Source of the DNA: Dehalococcoidia bacterium
GTDB lineage: Bacteria; Chloroflexota; Dehalococcoidia; GIF9; AB-539-J10
NCBI GenBank assembly: GCA_040766535.1
Contig: JAXGQG010000008.1
Span: 411-64,410 of the forward strand
DNA: 64,000 nucleotides
Reading direction: 5' to 3'
Part shown: positions 30,127 through 43,983 of the stretch, piece by piece
Layout: each line of letters begins with the position of its first letter
Numbering within the stretch: the stretch's first letter is position 1
The notes under the pieces: model-generated
Databases searched by the model: none
What the model saw: the letters and a program-made list of their open reading frames with translations, nothing else
Told to the model about the DNA's origin: nothing
Made by a program: the position numbers and the translations under genes

Positions 30127-31161
30127 TCAGAACTGTCGCAAGAACCGGAAATCGCCGGAATAGAAATGCCTGATGTCATCAACCCCGTGTCTCAGGATAG
30201 TGATGCGCTCAACACCCATGCCGAAGGCAAAGCCTGAGTATACGGACGGGTCGATGCCGCAACCGGCCAATACGTTGGGGTGCACCATTCCGCACCCGAG
30301 GATCTCGAGCCAGCCCGTGCCTCCACACAATCGGCATCCAGCACCCTTGCACTGGAAGCACTCGATCGCGACCTCGCCCCCGGGCTCGACGAAGGGGAAA
30401 TAATCGCAGCGGAAACGTACGCCAGTTTCCCTTCCGAAGATGCTGCGGCAGAACTCAAACAACGTTTCCTTCAGGTCGCGCAGCGTTATGTCCGTGTCTA
30501 CGGCAAGCCCTTCAACCTGATGGAACATCCAATCATGCGTCGCATCCGTCGCTTCGTACCGGTATGTCCTGCCGGGAACCACGAAACGCAGGGGAGGTTT
30601 GTGTTCCTCCATGATGCGTACTTGCATGGGCGACGTGTGGGTGCGCAACAGACGCGCATCAGTGGTCTCTTTTGAGTCGATCCAGAGAGTCGCGAACATG
30701 TCTCGCGCGGGATGGTCGTAGGGTATGTTCAGTGCCTCGAAGTTGTAGTAGTCCTTCTCGACCTCGGGGCCATCGATGACCTGGAACCCCATGCGGGCGA
30801 ACACAGCACAGATCTCCTGGATAACCTGTGTGATGGGATGCAGGCGGCCAAGCGGATAGTGGCGGCCGGGCAGCGATACGTCCAGCGGCGCCGTGTCTAT
30901 GACGTCCCGCAGACTGCATACCGCCAGGGTCTCTTCTTTGGTGGCGTACTGCTGTTGCAGCTGCGCTTTCAGGGCGTTGGCACGAGCGCCAAAGGCCTTC
31001 TTTTCCTCTGGAGGGAGAGCCGCCACACTCCGAAGAGCATTGGTGAGAGCGCTCTTCTTGCCCAGGTAACGGACACGCCAATCCTCAAGTTCGGTTGCGG
31101 AGTGGATGCGCTCAAGCTCTGCTGCTGCTTCGGCCTCCAGCCGGTCAAGTTCCTGCTGCAT
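30127..31161 (-). CDS. pheS: phenylalanyl-tRNA synthetase alpha subunit
   Basis: 344 aa with class II core motifs (..[14 protein letters not shown]..). Confidence 0.92.
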   Translation of the reverse strand: MQQELDRLEAEAAAELERIHSATELEDWRVRYLGKKSALTNALRSVAALPPEEKKAFGARANALKAQLQQQYATKEETLAVCSLRDVIDTAPLDVSLPGRHYPLGRLHPITQVIQEICAVFARMGFQVIDGPEVEKDYYNFEALNIPYDHPARDMFATLWIDSKETTDARLLRTHTSPMQVRIMEEHKPPLRFVVPGRTYRYEATDATHDWMFHQVEGLAVDTDITLRDLKETLFEFCRSIFGRETGVRFRCDYFPFVEPGGEVAIECFQCKGAGCRLCGGTGWLEILGCGMVHPNVLAGCGIDPSVYSGFAFGMGVERITILRHGVDDIRHFYSGDFRFLRQF

Positions 31162-31178
31162 ACCTCACAGTCCGCCTT

Positions 31179-31538
31179 CTACGATTGCGTTCCGGACTGG
31201 GCCGTCTTCACAAGACGTCCGAACGCTTCGGGGTCGCGCACCGCAATATCAGCGAGTACCTTGCGGTTGAGCGCGATGCCGGCGGCGCGCATCTTGTTCA
31301 TGAACACGCTGTAGCTGCATCCGTTGGCGCGGGCGGCCGCATTGATGCGGGTGATCCAGAGCCTGCGGAAATCAGCTTTGCGTTCACGGCGATGCTCGTA
31401 GGCATAGTCGAGCGCGTGCAGCATCGACTCGTTCGCACTGCGAAACAGGTGGTGCTTGGACGCTCGGTGTCCTTTAGTGTATGAAAGTACCTTCTTATGA
31501 CGGTTATGACTAACCTGTCCACTCGTCGCTCGGGGCAC
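31179..31538 (-). CDS. rplT: 50S ribosomal protein L20
   Basis: MPRATSG..RHKKVLSYTKGHRASK.. Confidence 0.92.
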   Translation of the reverse strand: MPRATSGQVSHNRHKKVLSYTKGHRASKHHLFRSANESMLHALDYAYEHRRERKADFRRLWITRINAAARANGCSYSVFMNKMRAAGIALNRKVLADIAVRDPEAFGRLVKTAQSGTQS

Positions 31539-31593
31539 GGTATCCTCCCTCCGCCAATCACTGTTCAGTGGTCATACCGATGTGTCGAGACCA

Positions 31594-31791
31594 CTACGCA
31601 TAAGGCATGAGACGTCGGATGCGTGGTGCATCTGCAGCCGAGGTAGCGACCATCGCATCGTAAAGGCGCTTGGTTCGAGGAGCCTTCCTGCGCCGGAAGT
31701 GACTCTTTCCGCACTTGGCGCGCAGGATCTTGCCGGTACCGGTGACGTGAAACCGGCTCTTAGCTCCCTTGTGTGTCTTCAGTTTTGGCAT
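31594..31791 (-). CDS. rpmI: 50S ribosomal protein L35
   Basis: [21 protein letters not shown].. Start taken at the internal ATG of track ORF 31594..31833. Confidence 0.88.
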   Translation of the reverse strand: MPKLKTHKGAKSRFHVTGTGKILRAKCGKSHFRRRKAPRTKRLYDAMVATSAADAPRIRRLMPYA

Positions 31792-32359
31792 TCTGCTTGG
31801 CCTCCTGGGGCTTCTTCGTAGCAAGTGGAGCAAGCGTCAAAGCGATATTCCGGGCATCCTTGGACGGCTGGCTCGTAGCAACAGCATCGTCCTTCAGGGC
31901 CTCGGCGACACGCTTAAGGACCTGCCAGCCAAGCTCCGGGTAGACGATTTCGCGTCCGCGAAAACGGACGGTGATCTTGACCTTGTTCCCCTCGGCCAGC
32001 AGCTCACGGGTCTTGCGTATCTTATCCTGAAGGTCGTGCTCCTCGATCTTGGGGCGCAGGCGAACTTCGCGCAGAAGTCCCTTCTGTGCCTTACGACCGT
32101 GTTTCTCTTTCTTAAGTTGTTCGTACCGGAACTTTCCGTAGTCAACCAGCCGGCATACAGGAGGAACGGCATTCGGAGCGACCATAACGAGGTCCAGCTC
32201 CCGTTCCTGCGCCACCTGAAGCGCCTTGGCTATCGGTAGCGTTCCAAGCTGTTCCCCATCCTCACCTATGACGCGCACTTCGCGAGCGCGTATTTGCCGA
32301 TTGACTGGGAGGGGACGAACTGCGGGTCGCATCGAAGTGTGCGGCTTGCTCTTCATCAT
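31760..32359 (-). CDS. infC: translation initiation factor IF-3
   Basis: ..[21 protein letters not shown].. is the IF-3 core. The start is uncertain because infC often uses atypical start codons. Confidence 0.85.
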   Translation of the reverse strand: MMKSKPHTSMRPAVRPLPVNRQIRAREVRVIGEDGEQLGTLPIAKALQVAQERELDLVMVAPNAVPPVCRLVDYGKFRYEQLKKEKHGRKAQKGLLREVRLRPKIEEHDLQDKIRKTRELLAEGNKVKITVRFRGREIVYPELGWQVLKRVAEALKDDAVATSQPSKDARNIALTLAPLATKKPQEAKQNAKTEDTQGS

Positions 32360-32362
32360 TGG

Positions 32363-34087
32363 CTAAGCCCTGTCCGCCACGGCGGCAAGAATGCGGGCCT
32401 CGACATCGGCGATACTGCACAGCCCCGTGTCCTCGCCACTGCGCAGGCGCACAGAGGCCCCACCAGCCTCGATCTCCTTGTCGCCCACAACGAGCATGAA
32501 CGGTACCTTAGCCATCTGAGCATCCCGTATTTTCGAACCCATTCTCTCAGAGCGCGCGTCGACGTCGACCCTGATACCTGCGCTCCTCAGTCTATTCTCC
32601 ATATCCACCGAATACGCCATATGCCTGTCGGCTATCGGGATTATCCTGGCCTGCACCGGACTCAACCAGACCGGGAACGCCCCACCATACTGCTCTACCA
32701 GACAAGCAAAAAACCGTTCCATACTCCCAAGAACGGTTCTATGGATCATGGTAACGAGGTGTTCGCTACCATCCTCTCCAATATAGCAGACATTGAAGCG
32801 CTGCGGCAAATTGAAATCAACCTGAATCGTTGGTCCCTGCCAGTCGCGCCCCATGGCGTCTGAGAGCTTCACATCGATCTTCGGTCCGTAGAATGCCCCG
32901 CCGCCCGGGTCCTCTTCGTATGGCAATCCGAGGGAATCGAGTGCCGCGGTCAGCGCCTCAGTGGCATGTTCCCAGACGTCTGCAGTGCCGGCATACTTGT
33001 CAGGTCGCGTTGCCAGCACCATCTTGTAGCTCGGGAATCCGAATGTCTGCATCATGAACTGGGCGAGCTGCACCACACCGACGACCTCAGTCTGTATCTG
33101 GTCCTGTCGGCAGAAGATGTGAGCGTCATCCTGGGTAAACCCACGAACCCGCGTCAGGCCGTACAGTACCCCGGCGCGCTCATACCGGTACACCGTTCCC
33201 AGTTCCGCCATTCTGATCGGCAGCTCTCTGTAACTGCGGGTGCGGCTCTTGAAGATGAGGATGTGGCCGAGGCAGTTCATGGGCTTGATGAGGTAGAGCT
33301 GCCCGTCGATGTCCATGGGAGAGTAGAGGTTCTCCCGGTAGAACTCCCAGTGACCGCTCTGCTTCCACTGGTCCAGCTTGCCGACGTGGGGCGTATACAC
33401 TATGCCGTAGCCGCGCTTCTGATGCTCGGCCTTCCAGAAATCCTCGATCAATTGGCGGACGATCGCTCCGTTGGGATGCCAGCAGACGAGTCCGGGGCCA
33501 ATCTCCTCATGGATGCTGAACAGGTCGAGTTCCTTCCCCAGCTTGCGGTGGTCTCTCTTGGCGGCCTCTGCGAGCTTCTCGAGATGAGAGTCGAGTTCAG
33601 CGGCAGTAGCGAATGCTACGCCGTAGATGCGCTGCAGCATCGGCCGGTTCTCATCGCCTCGCCAGTAAGCCCCCGCCGTTCTGAGGAGTTTGAAGGCGCC
33701 GATCTCACCCGCGGATGCCACGTGCGGGCCCCGGCAAAGGTCGGTGAACCCGCCCTGTGTGTACACGGAGACGTGGCCCTCTTCGAGATCTTCAAGCAGT
33801 TCCAGCTTGTATGGCTGATTCGCAAACAGGACCCGCGCTTCATCCTTGGTGACCTCACGGCGGACAAAGGGCCGGTCGGCGGCCACGATCTTCCGCATAA
33901 GGTCCTCGATTACCGGCAAGTCGTCGGGCGTGAGGGCCCTCGGCAGGTCGAAGTCGTAGTAGAAGCCGTCCTCAATGGACGGCCCGATGGCGAACTTCGC
34001 GTCCGGAAAGAGTTGCAGCACCGCCTCAGCCATCACGTGGGAGGCTGAGTGCCGTTGTACCTCTACTCTCGCATTGTTGTTATCCAT
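32363..34087 (-). CDS. thrS: threonyl-tRNA synthetase (lacks the N-terminal TGS/N1 domain)
   Basis: 574 aa beginning at the RHSASHVMAEA.. second-domain motif, then class II catalytic and anticodon-binding domains. Confidence 0.9.
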   Translation of the reverse strand: MDNNNARVEVQRHSASHVMAEAVLQLFPDAKFAIGPSIEDGFYYDFDLPRALTPDDLPVIEDLMRKIVAADRPFVRREVTKDEARVLFANQPYKLELLEDLEEGHVSVYTQGGFTDLCRGPHVASAGEIGAFKLLRTAGAYWRGDENRPMLQRIYGVAFATAAELDSHLEKLAEAAKRDHRKLGKELDLFSIHEEIGPGLVCWHPNGAIVRQLIEDFWKAEHQKRGYGIVYTPHVGKLDQWKQSGHWEFYRENLYSPMDIDGQLYLIKPMNCLGHILIFKSRTRSYRELPIRMAELGTVYRYERAGVLYGLTRVRGFTQDDAHIFCRQDQIQTEVVGVVQLAQFMMQTFGFPSYKMVLATRPDKYAGTADVWEHATEALTAALDSLGLPYEEDPGGGAFYGPKIDVKLSDAMGRDWQGPTIQVDFNLPQRFNVCYIGEDGSEHLVTMIHRTVLGSMERFFACLVEQYGGAFPVWLSPVQARIIPIADRHMAYSVDMENRLRSAGIRVDVDARSERMGSKIRDAQMAKVPFMLVVGDKEIEAGGASVRLRSGEDTGLCSIADVEARILAAVADRA

Positions 34088-34217
34088 CGATGTGACTCAA
34101 CCAGGCGAAGAACGCCCCGCCCCTGTTCCGGGATGCCTTGGTCCACGGTGAGGCTCCCCGCCGGTCGCAGGGATTCGAGGAGCTGTGTCCTGGTGCACAG
34201 AACTGATCATCGGGAAA

Positions 34218-34290
34218 TGGGCAGTACTGGACTTGAACCAGTGACCTCTGCGATGTCAACGCAGCGCTCTAACCACTGAGCTAACCGCCC
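34218..34290 (-). tRNA. tRNA-Val (anticodon GAC)
   Basis: Reverse complement GGGCGGTTAGCTCAGTGGTTAGAGCGCTGCGTTGACATCGCAGAGGTCACTGGTTCAAGTCCAGTACTGCCCA folds as a cloverleaf. Anticodon loop TTGACAT; no encoded CCA. Confidence 0.85.
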
Positions 34291-34399
34291 TGAGTAGGCG
34301 ATTCTAGCAGAAGCCCGTAGCTGCGTCAATCGTTATGCCGAGAACCGGCTTTCGAGCAACGCCGTGCTATCATGACTATGCGTGTTCAGTGATGCCGGC

Positions 34400-34819
34400 A
34401 TGGTTTCGAGACCGTTCGAATTCGTTGCTCACACCGCTGATGTTGCCGCGCTGGTGCGTGGACGCGACCTCGGCGAGCTGCTCCGCAACGCGGCAGCCGC
34501 TCTCTACTGTCTGGCACTGGATTCGGTTCCAGTCGAGACGGTCGAGCAGCGGCGAATCAAGGTGAAGTCCATTGATGACCACGCCTTGATAGTGGACTGG
34601 CTGAACGAACTCATCTACCTCCTTTCGGCCGAGCGCCTCGTGTTCTCGTCGTTCGCATTTGAGCACACGGGCGACGGGTGCCTGGCAGCGCAGTGCCACG
34701 GGGGGCGTCTGCCGCACTCCACCAGGGTGCGGAAAGAGATCAAGGCTGCTACGTACCACCTGGCCAGCATCGTCCCTGACGGAGAAGCGCTGGCCGTGCG
34801 CATCGTATTCGATGTATGA
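34400..34819 (+). CDS. archease (RtcB activator/chaperone)
   Basis: [16 protein letters not shown].., KAATYH and a C-terminal VRIVFDV fit the archease pattern. Intact, about 140 aa. Confidence 0.8.
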   Translation: MVSRPFEFVAHTADVAALVRGRDLGELLRNAAAALYCLALDSVPVETVEQRRIKVKSIDDHALIVDWLNELIYLLSAERLVFSSFAFEHTGDGCLAAQCHGGRLPHSTRVRKEIKAATYHLASIVPDGEALAVRIVFDV

Positions 34820-34826
34820 GGGAGCC

Positions 34827-36247
34827 ATGACGGTTACGTTGCGGAGATTGGACGACTACCGCTGGGAGATTCCGGTGGCTCACAAACAGGGCATGCGTGT
34901 GCCCGGTGTGGTCTATGCCTCGGAGTCGATGATCGATTCCATACTGAATGATGAGTCACTGGAGCAACTAGCGAACGTGGCCTTTCTGCCGGGGATCGTT
35001 GGAAGATCCATGGCGATGCCGGACATACACTGGGGCTACGGGTTCCCGATTGGGGGAGTTGCGGCCACGCGTGTCTCGGATGGTGTTATCTCCCCGGGAG
35101 GCGTTGGGTACGACATCAACTGCGGCGTTCGGCTGTTGCAGAGTAACTCTGAAGGATGATGTTCTGCCGAGAATCGATCCGCCGATGGAACGGCTCTTCC
35201 GCAATGTTCCGTCAGGCGTCGGGTCCGAGGGGCGGTTGCGTCCACCCAGGACGGAGATTGCCCGGCTGCTGGTGGAAGGATCGTGCGGGCTGTGCTGAAT
35301 GGATTCGGCACACGACGACGACCTCGATGCTACTGGATGGCGGACGAACCTGACGGGAGCGGATCCTCGCCGGCGGTGAGCGACCGCGCCATGACACGAG
35401 GCCGCCGCAGGCCTAGGCCCCGGCTCCGGGAACTGGCTTCATCGAAGCGCAGGCCGTCACAGACATCTACGATGCTGGAGGCGGCGGCGGTGATGGGCAT
35501 CACGCACAGCGGCCAGGTGCTGGTGCTCGTCCAGCAGGGTCGCGGGCCGGGGATACCGCGTCTGCACGACCACCAGTAAGACGACGGAGGCAACAGCGCG
35601 CATCTCGCCGCCGATCGTCAGCTCGCCTGCGCCCTGCGCGGCAATCCACCGAGGGGAGCCAGTACCTCGCCGCGATGGTGCGCGGTCAATTTCGCCTGGT
35701 GCAACCGACAGCACATCGCGCACTGGGTCCGGGATGCCTTCCGCGAGGTGTTTGCGACTCTCCGGCCTGATGCGTCAGGTATGACATTGCGCACAACATC
35801 GCCAAAGATCGAACGGCACGTTATCGAGGGATCGGCAGATGACCCTCTGCAGCATCGCGCGCTTACGCGGGCACTGGTCCACCGCACCATCCCGGCTTTT
35901 GCCTGACCGATACGCACATATCGGCCAGCCTGTCCTCATTCCCGGCGACATGGCCAGTGTTCGTATGTGGCTGTGGGAACCGCACTGGCGATGGCGGAGA
36001 CGTTTGGCTCAACGTGTCACGGCGCATATGTCGGCGTTCAGCCGTAGCGCTGCTCGCAAGACGGCTGGCGACATCCAGGAAAGCCTCCGCACCCGCACAT
36101 CCACGCGTACGGGGGATGCGCCTGCGCTTCGGCCGGGGAAGAAGCTTCACCTGCGTATAAGGACGCAGTTCGACGTCGTTGCAGTCGTACGGTGGCGCGG
36201 GTACCGCCGAAGTGTCAGCCGAGCTGCTGGGCGTCATTAAGGGGTGA
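34827..36247 (+). pseudogene. rtcB: RNA-splicing ligase RtcB, multiply frameshifted (at least 8 frame changes)
   Basis: RtcB segments are readable in alternating frames: [36 protein letters not shown], then LFRNVPSGVGSEG, AVSDRA, GSGNW/FIEAQAVTDIYD, AVNFAWCNRQHIAHWVRDAF, GQPVLIPGDMAS, ETFGSTCHGA and a terminal ..VIKG stop. GAGGGAG RBS before ATG 34827. Confidence 0.85.
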
Positions 36248-36434
36248 ACGCCGAGCCCCTACACTATGAGCGGCATTCGCCTCCTTCCCCGTCAACGAGA
36301 TGGGGTCCGTGGATCTGTTGCGAGTTCGCGGAGTTGCCGCAATCCGTCGGCAGGCGGCACGTACACGACGAAGGCCCGGCACCAGTGCCGGGCCTTCGTG
36401 ATCTGTGCGTATGCTCATGAGGGGAGGTTCCTGA

Positions 36435-39400
36435 TCAGCCGATTACGTCGTTTGTCGCGATGTGGTCCTCATCCAACTGAGTAAGTATCTCCATCTTCCC
36501 GCTGTCATCCTTCACCAGGAGCGGGTCGATACTCTCGATCTGGGATGTGGTCTGGTATGCGTCAAACGGCACCAGCAGCAGAGGGATCTTCCGTCTGGAT
36601 GCCATCGAGGTATGTTCTATTGACGGCAGAATGTTGTTCGTGAGGATGATGCCTGCGGTGCTGCTTTCACGGCGGCGAGGATCGTCGCTCCCGTCTCCGC
36701 CGGTGATGACGAGCTTGTTCTCCTTCTTGAAGAGGATTCTGCATGGGCGACGCTTCAGTCGACATCGCTCCCACCATGATAGAGCTGACCTTCTTGGACA
36801 GGCCGTCTTCTCCGGCGATAACCTTGGCAAGCAGACGCCCAAGATGGCCCACGGACAGCTGCAGTGCACACCCAGCATCGAACGGGAAAGGGCAGTACTC
36901 AACGCCGAGCGCAGTGACGTCATCGAGGTGAGTGCTGCGATAGTCTTCGAGGTTGCGGACCTTGCTGACGATGACGCCGGCGAAGTCCACGTTCTTGAGA
37001 TCCACATGCGCTTTACGAAAGCCAGATCACCACGATCGCGCTCACCGCCACCGGCCCGAGCACAAGCTTGGCCTGGAGGTACGAGGCGAGGAGATGGCGT
37101 CGAGGCTGACGGAAGCGCCGCATGCCAGTGACTCGCCCGCTTCGACCCACAGCACGTCTTTGCCATCGCCGGCCTTGAAGTGCCATTCCGGCCAGCTTGT
37201 CCTTCATGCCCTGAGCGTCGTACATGTACTTCAGCTTGGCGTGCTCGAATCCAATGGTCATCTCGGCGTTGACGTCAAGACCGAATACATTGCGATGAGC
37301 GCGGCATCGTAGTCCTAAAGTCTCTTTTTGCGGTACAGCAGCCCGTCGCCCAACGGCTTGAGCGCAGCCGCACGAGCTGCCGACAGCCTTCAAGGAGGCC
37401 AACGATCAGCCGGTCTTACCTGCGCCGCTCTTAAAGCGAGCCCACAACTATGGTTCCCCATAAAAGCTACGCCTCTCAGATTCTCGAAGCAGGATTCTCA
37501 CATCAACGGCTTCGGCTTTGACGCCCTCACCGTGGCTGCACACTATCAGCGGTTGACTCGATATCGGATATCGCACTGCAGTTGTGCAGTATCCAGCCAA
37601 CCTTGATGATAGTGTTGGCTACCTCATCGATGTCTTTGCGTGATTCTCCCCGACGCCAAGGAGCAGAGGATATGAGTTGAGGGATTTGTCCGATCATACT
37701 CAGCGTCTCCTCTCGGCTGAGAGGAACGATCTGAACGCGATGTCCTTGAGCACCTCGACGTAGACGCCGCCGAGTCCGAACATCACTGTGGGGCCGAATG
37801 AGTTGTCTTTACGAGCGCCGACGATAGTCTCGACGCCTTCTGGATCATCTCGTCTATCTGCATGCCTTCGATGACGGCATCCGCCGCGCGGCAGTTGCGC
37901 AAGATGGCCTCGTAGGCATCGTACGAGGACTTCTTCTTGTCGACCAGTGTCGAGTGCCACTCCTCCTGCGTCGCTCTTGTGAATGATATCCTTGGACACC
38001 ACACCTTCATCACCACCGGATAGCCGATTTCTTTGCGCAGCGGACGGCCTCATCCGGATCAGGCCACGCGACTTCAGGGAATGATGACTCCTCTGGCCTC
38101 ATCACTTCCTGTGCCTCATGGGAGAGCAGGAAGTGCCGCCCATCGGCTCGTGCCGGTGATGGCTCGCTCGATGGCGGCCGTGTTATGTCGGCTGTCGCCA
38201 TCGGCGCAGGCTCATCGGACTTGCTGCGTAGTCCTTGTATGTGCGCCAAGGAACGCAGTCATTTCATACATCCGGGAATACCGGCATGCCTTTTGCCTTC
38301 AGATCGACGATGCTGCGCTCAACCTCTTCTCCTCCGGAACACCGAGAAAAACGATGGAAGCCACAGACCGGTACTGCCCGTAGCGTTCTTCCGCGATCTG
38401 CCCGGAACGCGTCGCATCGAATGTGGCCGTCTGGCATCCCAGACAGGCTACGGAGTCGATATTGTCATCTGTCAGAGGCGCCAAGTGTTTGTCGTGGCCG
38501 TCCGGGCTCGCGCCGCCGGTGATGTCAATGGGATTCTTGGCCGATCCGGGAATGACGGCATGACCGACTCGAACGTCTTCAGGTCGGCCACTTCGTCCGA
38601 GAGGTTCACGTCACTTCTACAGGCGTCGGCTGTCAGCACACCGATACCGCCGCCAGGTGATGATGACGCAATCCCTTCCCCGGCATGGGCGAGTCCGCGA
38701 GAATTTGCACCCAGTTGAGGCCTCCCGGATGCTTTCAGCGCGAATGACGCCACACCGTTTGGAGATGTCGTCAAATACCTTATTCCTCGCTTACGAGGAG
38801 CCCGTGTGCGAGGCTGCCGCCTGAGCACCTCTGGTGAGCGCCGACTTGATGACGACCACCGCATATTTTGCGAGTGGCTCGTTTCCAGAACCTCGACCAG
38901 CCGTTCCCTGACTTCACGCCCGAGGTATGAGGACCACCTTCGCGTCCTGAAAGGTGAGATAGTCCAGCAAGTCGGTCTCATCCACATCGACTTGTTGCCC
39001 ACGAGATCATGGCTGAGAGCAAGCCGATGCTCCTCCACCTTGTCTTGCCGGATCATGGCGATGCCGATGGCGCCGGATCGAGCGATAATGGCTACGTTGC
39101 CGCTCTGACGTCCGCAGACCGAATGCGGCGTTGAGAGATGAAGCAGCTGAGTAGATGCCGAATACTGGGCTCAACAACCCCGGACGCCATGCTCGCGCGA
39201 ATCTGGCGATCTTGCGCTCCTCAGCCACATTGCCAACCTCGGAGAAACCGAGGCGATGATCGCGAATTTCACCTCTTCTTGGCGCACTCCTCAATGGCGT
39301 TGTAGGCGATCTCCGCGGGGACGACGATCATTGCGAGCATCGACTGGTCCCTCGATGTCCTCCATCTTCAGGCCAACGGCAAACCGAGGATCTCTCCACC

Positions 39401-40064
39401 GCGCGGATTGAGGGGGTAGATCCTGCTCCTTGTAGCCGCCGACAACGATGTTCCTCATGACCTTGCAGCCGATCTTGCCCGGGGTTTGGGCCACCCTCGA
39501 TGATGGCGACGCCCCTGGGCTCGAAGATACTATGCTGGATTCGTTACCTTTCACGCTGTGGCACCTCCGAACAGCATCTCGAGTTCGCGGCCATCGTCTC
39601 CGCAATGCGCTTCTCCGAGGTCGAACCCCATCTTCTCGAAAGGTAGCATGGGCTTGTTCTCTACGAACCTGGCCGTGAAGCCCAACAGACCATACCGTTT
39701 GCCAACAAAGTGATAGGATAGGAGTTCAGTCCTGATACCGTGGTTATGATACTCATCTTTCACGGCGACTGCAAACTCCTGCCGTGTGCGCAGATTCATC
39801 GATTCCGTACTGGCCAAGTCCGACTACTTCTTCGGTTTCGTGATGCTGTACTGCGGCCAGAATAACGATCTCCCTGGTATAGTCGATCACCACGAATCTC
39901 TGCAGCCGCTCGTGGGGCATGTCCTTGCGTACGGACATGAACCGGCGGTACAGGCTCTGGTCCGAGAGTGAATAGAAGAAATCCTTGATCAGCGGTTCGT
40001 CCGATATCTTGACCGGCCGCAGGACGATTTCGAGTCCGCCACGTGTGGTACGGCGCGTCTCCAT
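36435..40064 (-). pseudogene. Pat-like bifunctional protein (N-terminal GNAT acetyltransferase plus ADP-forming acyl-CoA synthetase-like CoA-binding and ATP-grasp domains), heavily frameshifted
   Basis: A GNAT segment (LEIVLRPVKISDEPLIKDFFYSL..) is followed by a CoA-binding segment (GNVAIIARSGAIG, VDVDETDLLDYL, KPVVVIKSGRS..SHTG) and an ATP-grasp segment (KSDAGGVAL, FGPTVMFGLGGVYVEVLKD). These are scattered over all three minus-strand frames. No minus-strand ORF longer than 250 aa exists in 3.7 kb. Confidence 0.75.
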
Positions 40065-40118
40065 CTCCTCGGTACTCCTGCGGCGTCCTGGTATGAACGC
40101 CTGATCTGCAGATCGCGT

Positions 40119-41488
<1,370 letters not shown>

Positions 41489-41565
41489 GGCCTTTCCTCG
41501 GGTTCCGTCCTCTCGGTCGCACTATACCACTCTGTGGCGTGTCAATGACGATGCGCTACCGGTTA

Positions 41566-41967
41566 TCAGTCGCGTATGTGGGGCAGTCGAAGCACGATGA
41601 AGGCGAGCAGGGCGACCATAACCGAGAGGCCATATAAGCCAGCTCCTGCCGCGAGTCCGATCCCTGCTGTCACCCATATCGACGCAGCGGTAGTGAGTCC
41701 GGCAATGGCGTTGCTTGGACCGCCACGGAAGATAACCCCCGCGCCAAGAAACCCTACCCCTGCCACGACCCCTGAGGCGATTCTCGCACTGTCCGCGTCA
41801 TCGAACCCGTACATGGATGAGAGCGTGAAGGCCACCGCGCCGAGCGCAATCAGTACATGCGTCCGAACGCCGGCAGCTTTGCCTCGCACCTCCCGGTCGT
41901 AGCCGATGGCAGCGGCGAGCGCAGTTGCCAGCATCAGCCGCACCACCATTTCAGCCCATTGAGGCAT
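41566..41967 (-). CDS. mgtC: MgtC/SapB-family membrane protein
   Basis: 133 aa. ..RTHVLIALGAVAFTL..GVGFLGAGVIFR..GLTTAASIW fits the MgtC family. Confidence 0.75.
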   Translation of the reverse strand: MPQWAEMVVRLMLATALAAAIGYDREVRGKAAGVRTHVLIALGAVAFTLSSMYGFDDADSARIASGVVAGVGFLGAGVIFRGGPSNAIAGLTTAASIWVTAGIGLAAGAGLYGLSVMVALLAFIVLRLPHIRD

Positions 41968-42021
41968 CGGCCTTCACGCTCCTCATGCGCTTCCTCGCCC
42001 CGGACCGGTCCGGGCCGGGGT

Positions 42022-43688
42022 TCAGTCCTTGAATACAGCGCCAGTGCTGGCGGACGTTACCTTCTCCGCATAGCGCTTGAGATAGCCTGATGTCACCCTC
42101 GGCTCGAACTCGGGCACTTCCGATAGGCGCCGGGCGATCTCCGCATCGGAGAGCTTCACGTTGAGCTTTCGCGCGGGGATGTCGATGGAAACGATGTCGC
42201 CATCTCGAACGGCGGCGATAGGACCTCTCGAGGCCGCCTCCGGCGAAACATGCCCGATGGACGCGCCACGAGAGGCTCCCGAGAAACGACCGTCGGTCAC
42301 CAGCGCCACTGACTTATCCAGGTCGAGGCCCGCGAGGAGCGACGTAGGCGTGAGCATCTCGCGGAAGCCAGGGCCGCCCTTGGGTCCCTCGTACCGGATG
42401 ACCACGACATCACCCGACTTAATCGACTTCGCCATGAGCGCCTTCGTTACCTCTTCCTCGGAATCGAAAACGCGTGCTGGTCCCTCGTGTACCCTCATCT
42501 CTGGCAGAACTGCGGCGGCTTTGACGACCGCTCCATCCGGGGCGAGATTCCCAAACAGGATCGCAAGCCCGCCCGTTGCAGAGTAAGGCGCTTCCAGACT
42601 GTGGATGACATCGCGGTTCTTCACCTGGAACCCGGGTACGAGGTCGCCCACTGTCTTGCCCATCACCGTCATGGCGTTCTTCTTGAGCAGTCCAGACAGC
42701 TCATGCATCACGGCGTAGATGCCCCCTGCCGCATTCAGGTCCTCGATGTGGTGGACGCCAGCAGGGCTCAGCTTGCAGAGATGAGGCGTCTTCGCGCTAA
42801 TCTCGTTCAACCAGGAAAGCGGATAGTCGATGCCCGCTTCGTGGGCGATAGCGGTCAGATGGAGCACTGAGTTGGTGCTGCCACCGAGAGCCATGTCGAC
42901 CGTAAAGGCGTTGAAGATGGCATCACGGGTGAGAATATCCTTCGGCTTGACGCCCTTCTCGAGGGTCTTGATAATCTGCTCACCAGTGCGGAAAGCGATG
43001 TCGAGACGCTCACTGGTCGGGCCGGGAATGGTGCCGTTGCCGGGAAGCGCCATGCCAAGGGCCTCGGTCATACAACTCATCGTGTTGGCGGTGAACATGC
43101 CCGCGCAGCTGCCACAGCTCGGACATGCCTGTCGTGTCCAGTCCTCCAGCGCCTCCTCAGTCATCTTGCCGTTGACAGTCTTCCCCACCGCTTCAAACAG
43201 GTTCGCCAGATCGATGGTTCGCACTTCGCCCTGGTCGTACACGTGGCCGGCAAGCATCGCACCGCCGGAGACGAAGATCGACGGTACGTTCAGGCGCGCG
43301 GCTGCCATCAGCATGCCCGGGATGATCTTGTCGCAGCTGCAAATGAACACCAGCGCATCGAATTGATGTGCCTGCGCGGCGATCTCCGCCGAGTCGGCGA
43401 TCAATTCGCGGCTTGGCAGGCTGTACTTCATCCCGGGATGGTTCATCGCGATGCCGTCACAGACGCCGATGGTGTTGATCTCAAACGCCACGCCACCCGC
43501 GGCCCGTACGCCATCCTGAACAGCACGGGAGACCTGGTCAAGATGCATGTGTCCGGGGATGATGGTGTTGTAGCTGTTGATAATGCCGACAAATGGCTTG
43601 TCGAAATCACTGCGGGTACATCCGAGTGCATAGAAAAGAGAACGGTGTGGCGCCCGCTCTACGCCCTTCTTGACCGAATCGCTTCGCA
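42022..43688 (-). CDS. ilvD: dihydroxy-acid dehydratase
   Basis: IlvD/EDD-family motifs (..CDGIAMNH.., ..CDKIIPGM.., Fe-S Cys residues). Start at the second ATG (GGAGG-N7-ATG). Confidence 0.9.
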
Positions 43689-43983
43689 TCGTCATGCCTC
43701 CTGTCAACGTGTTCGTCACGCGATGGAATTCTACAGTAGCACCGCTCAGTCGACAACACATGTCGTTCACAGATTGACCCTTGGCCGCCGGTAGGCCTAA
43801 CATGTGACACCGATCCGGTGCGAACGACTCCGTTCAGCGGGACGTGCTTCGCTCCTTTGTACTGGAGTCTCTCTGCAGATGGTGAAGATTGCCGCGATCG
43901 GGCTAGTCCGCGGTCGACGTTGAAATGCCCGTCGGCGAACGTCATGGAATGACCTGAGTGCAGCCTGAGGAGGTGACGACACA

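Noticed and set aside
34088-34217. T-box leader for thrS (and for proS/pheS)
   Set aside because: The leaders are far too short (130 nt or less, or directly abutting upstream genes), and no T-box specifier or antiterminator sequence is evident.
41990-42021. Palindrome CCCGGACCGGTCCGGG downstream of ilvD as a terminator
   Set aside because: GC-rich palindrome with no adjacent U-tract. It could be a weak terminator or protein site, but the evidence is too thin to list as a feature.
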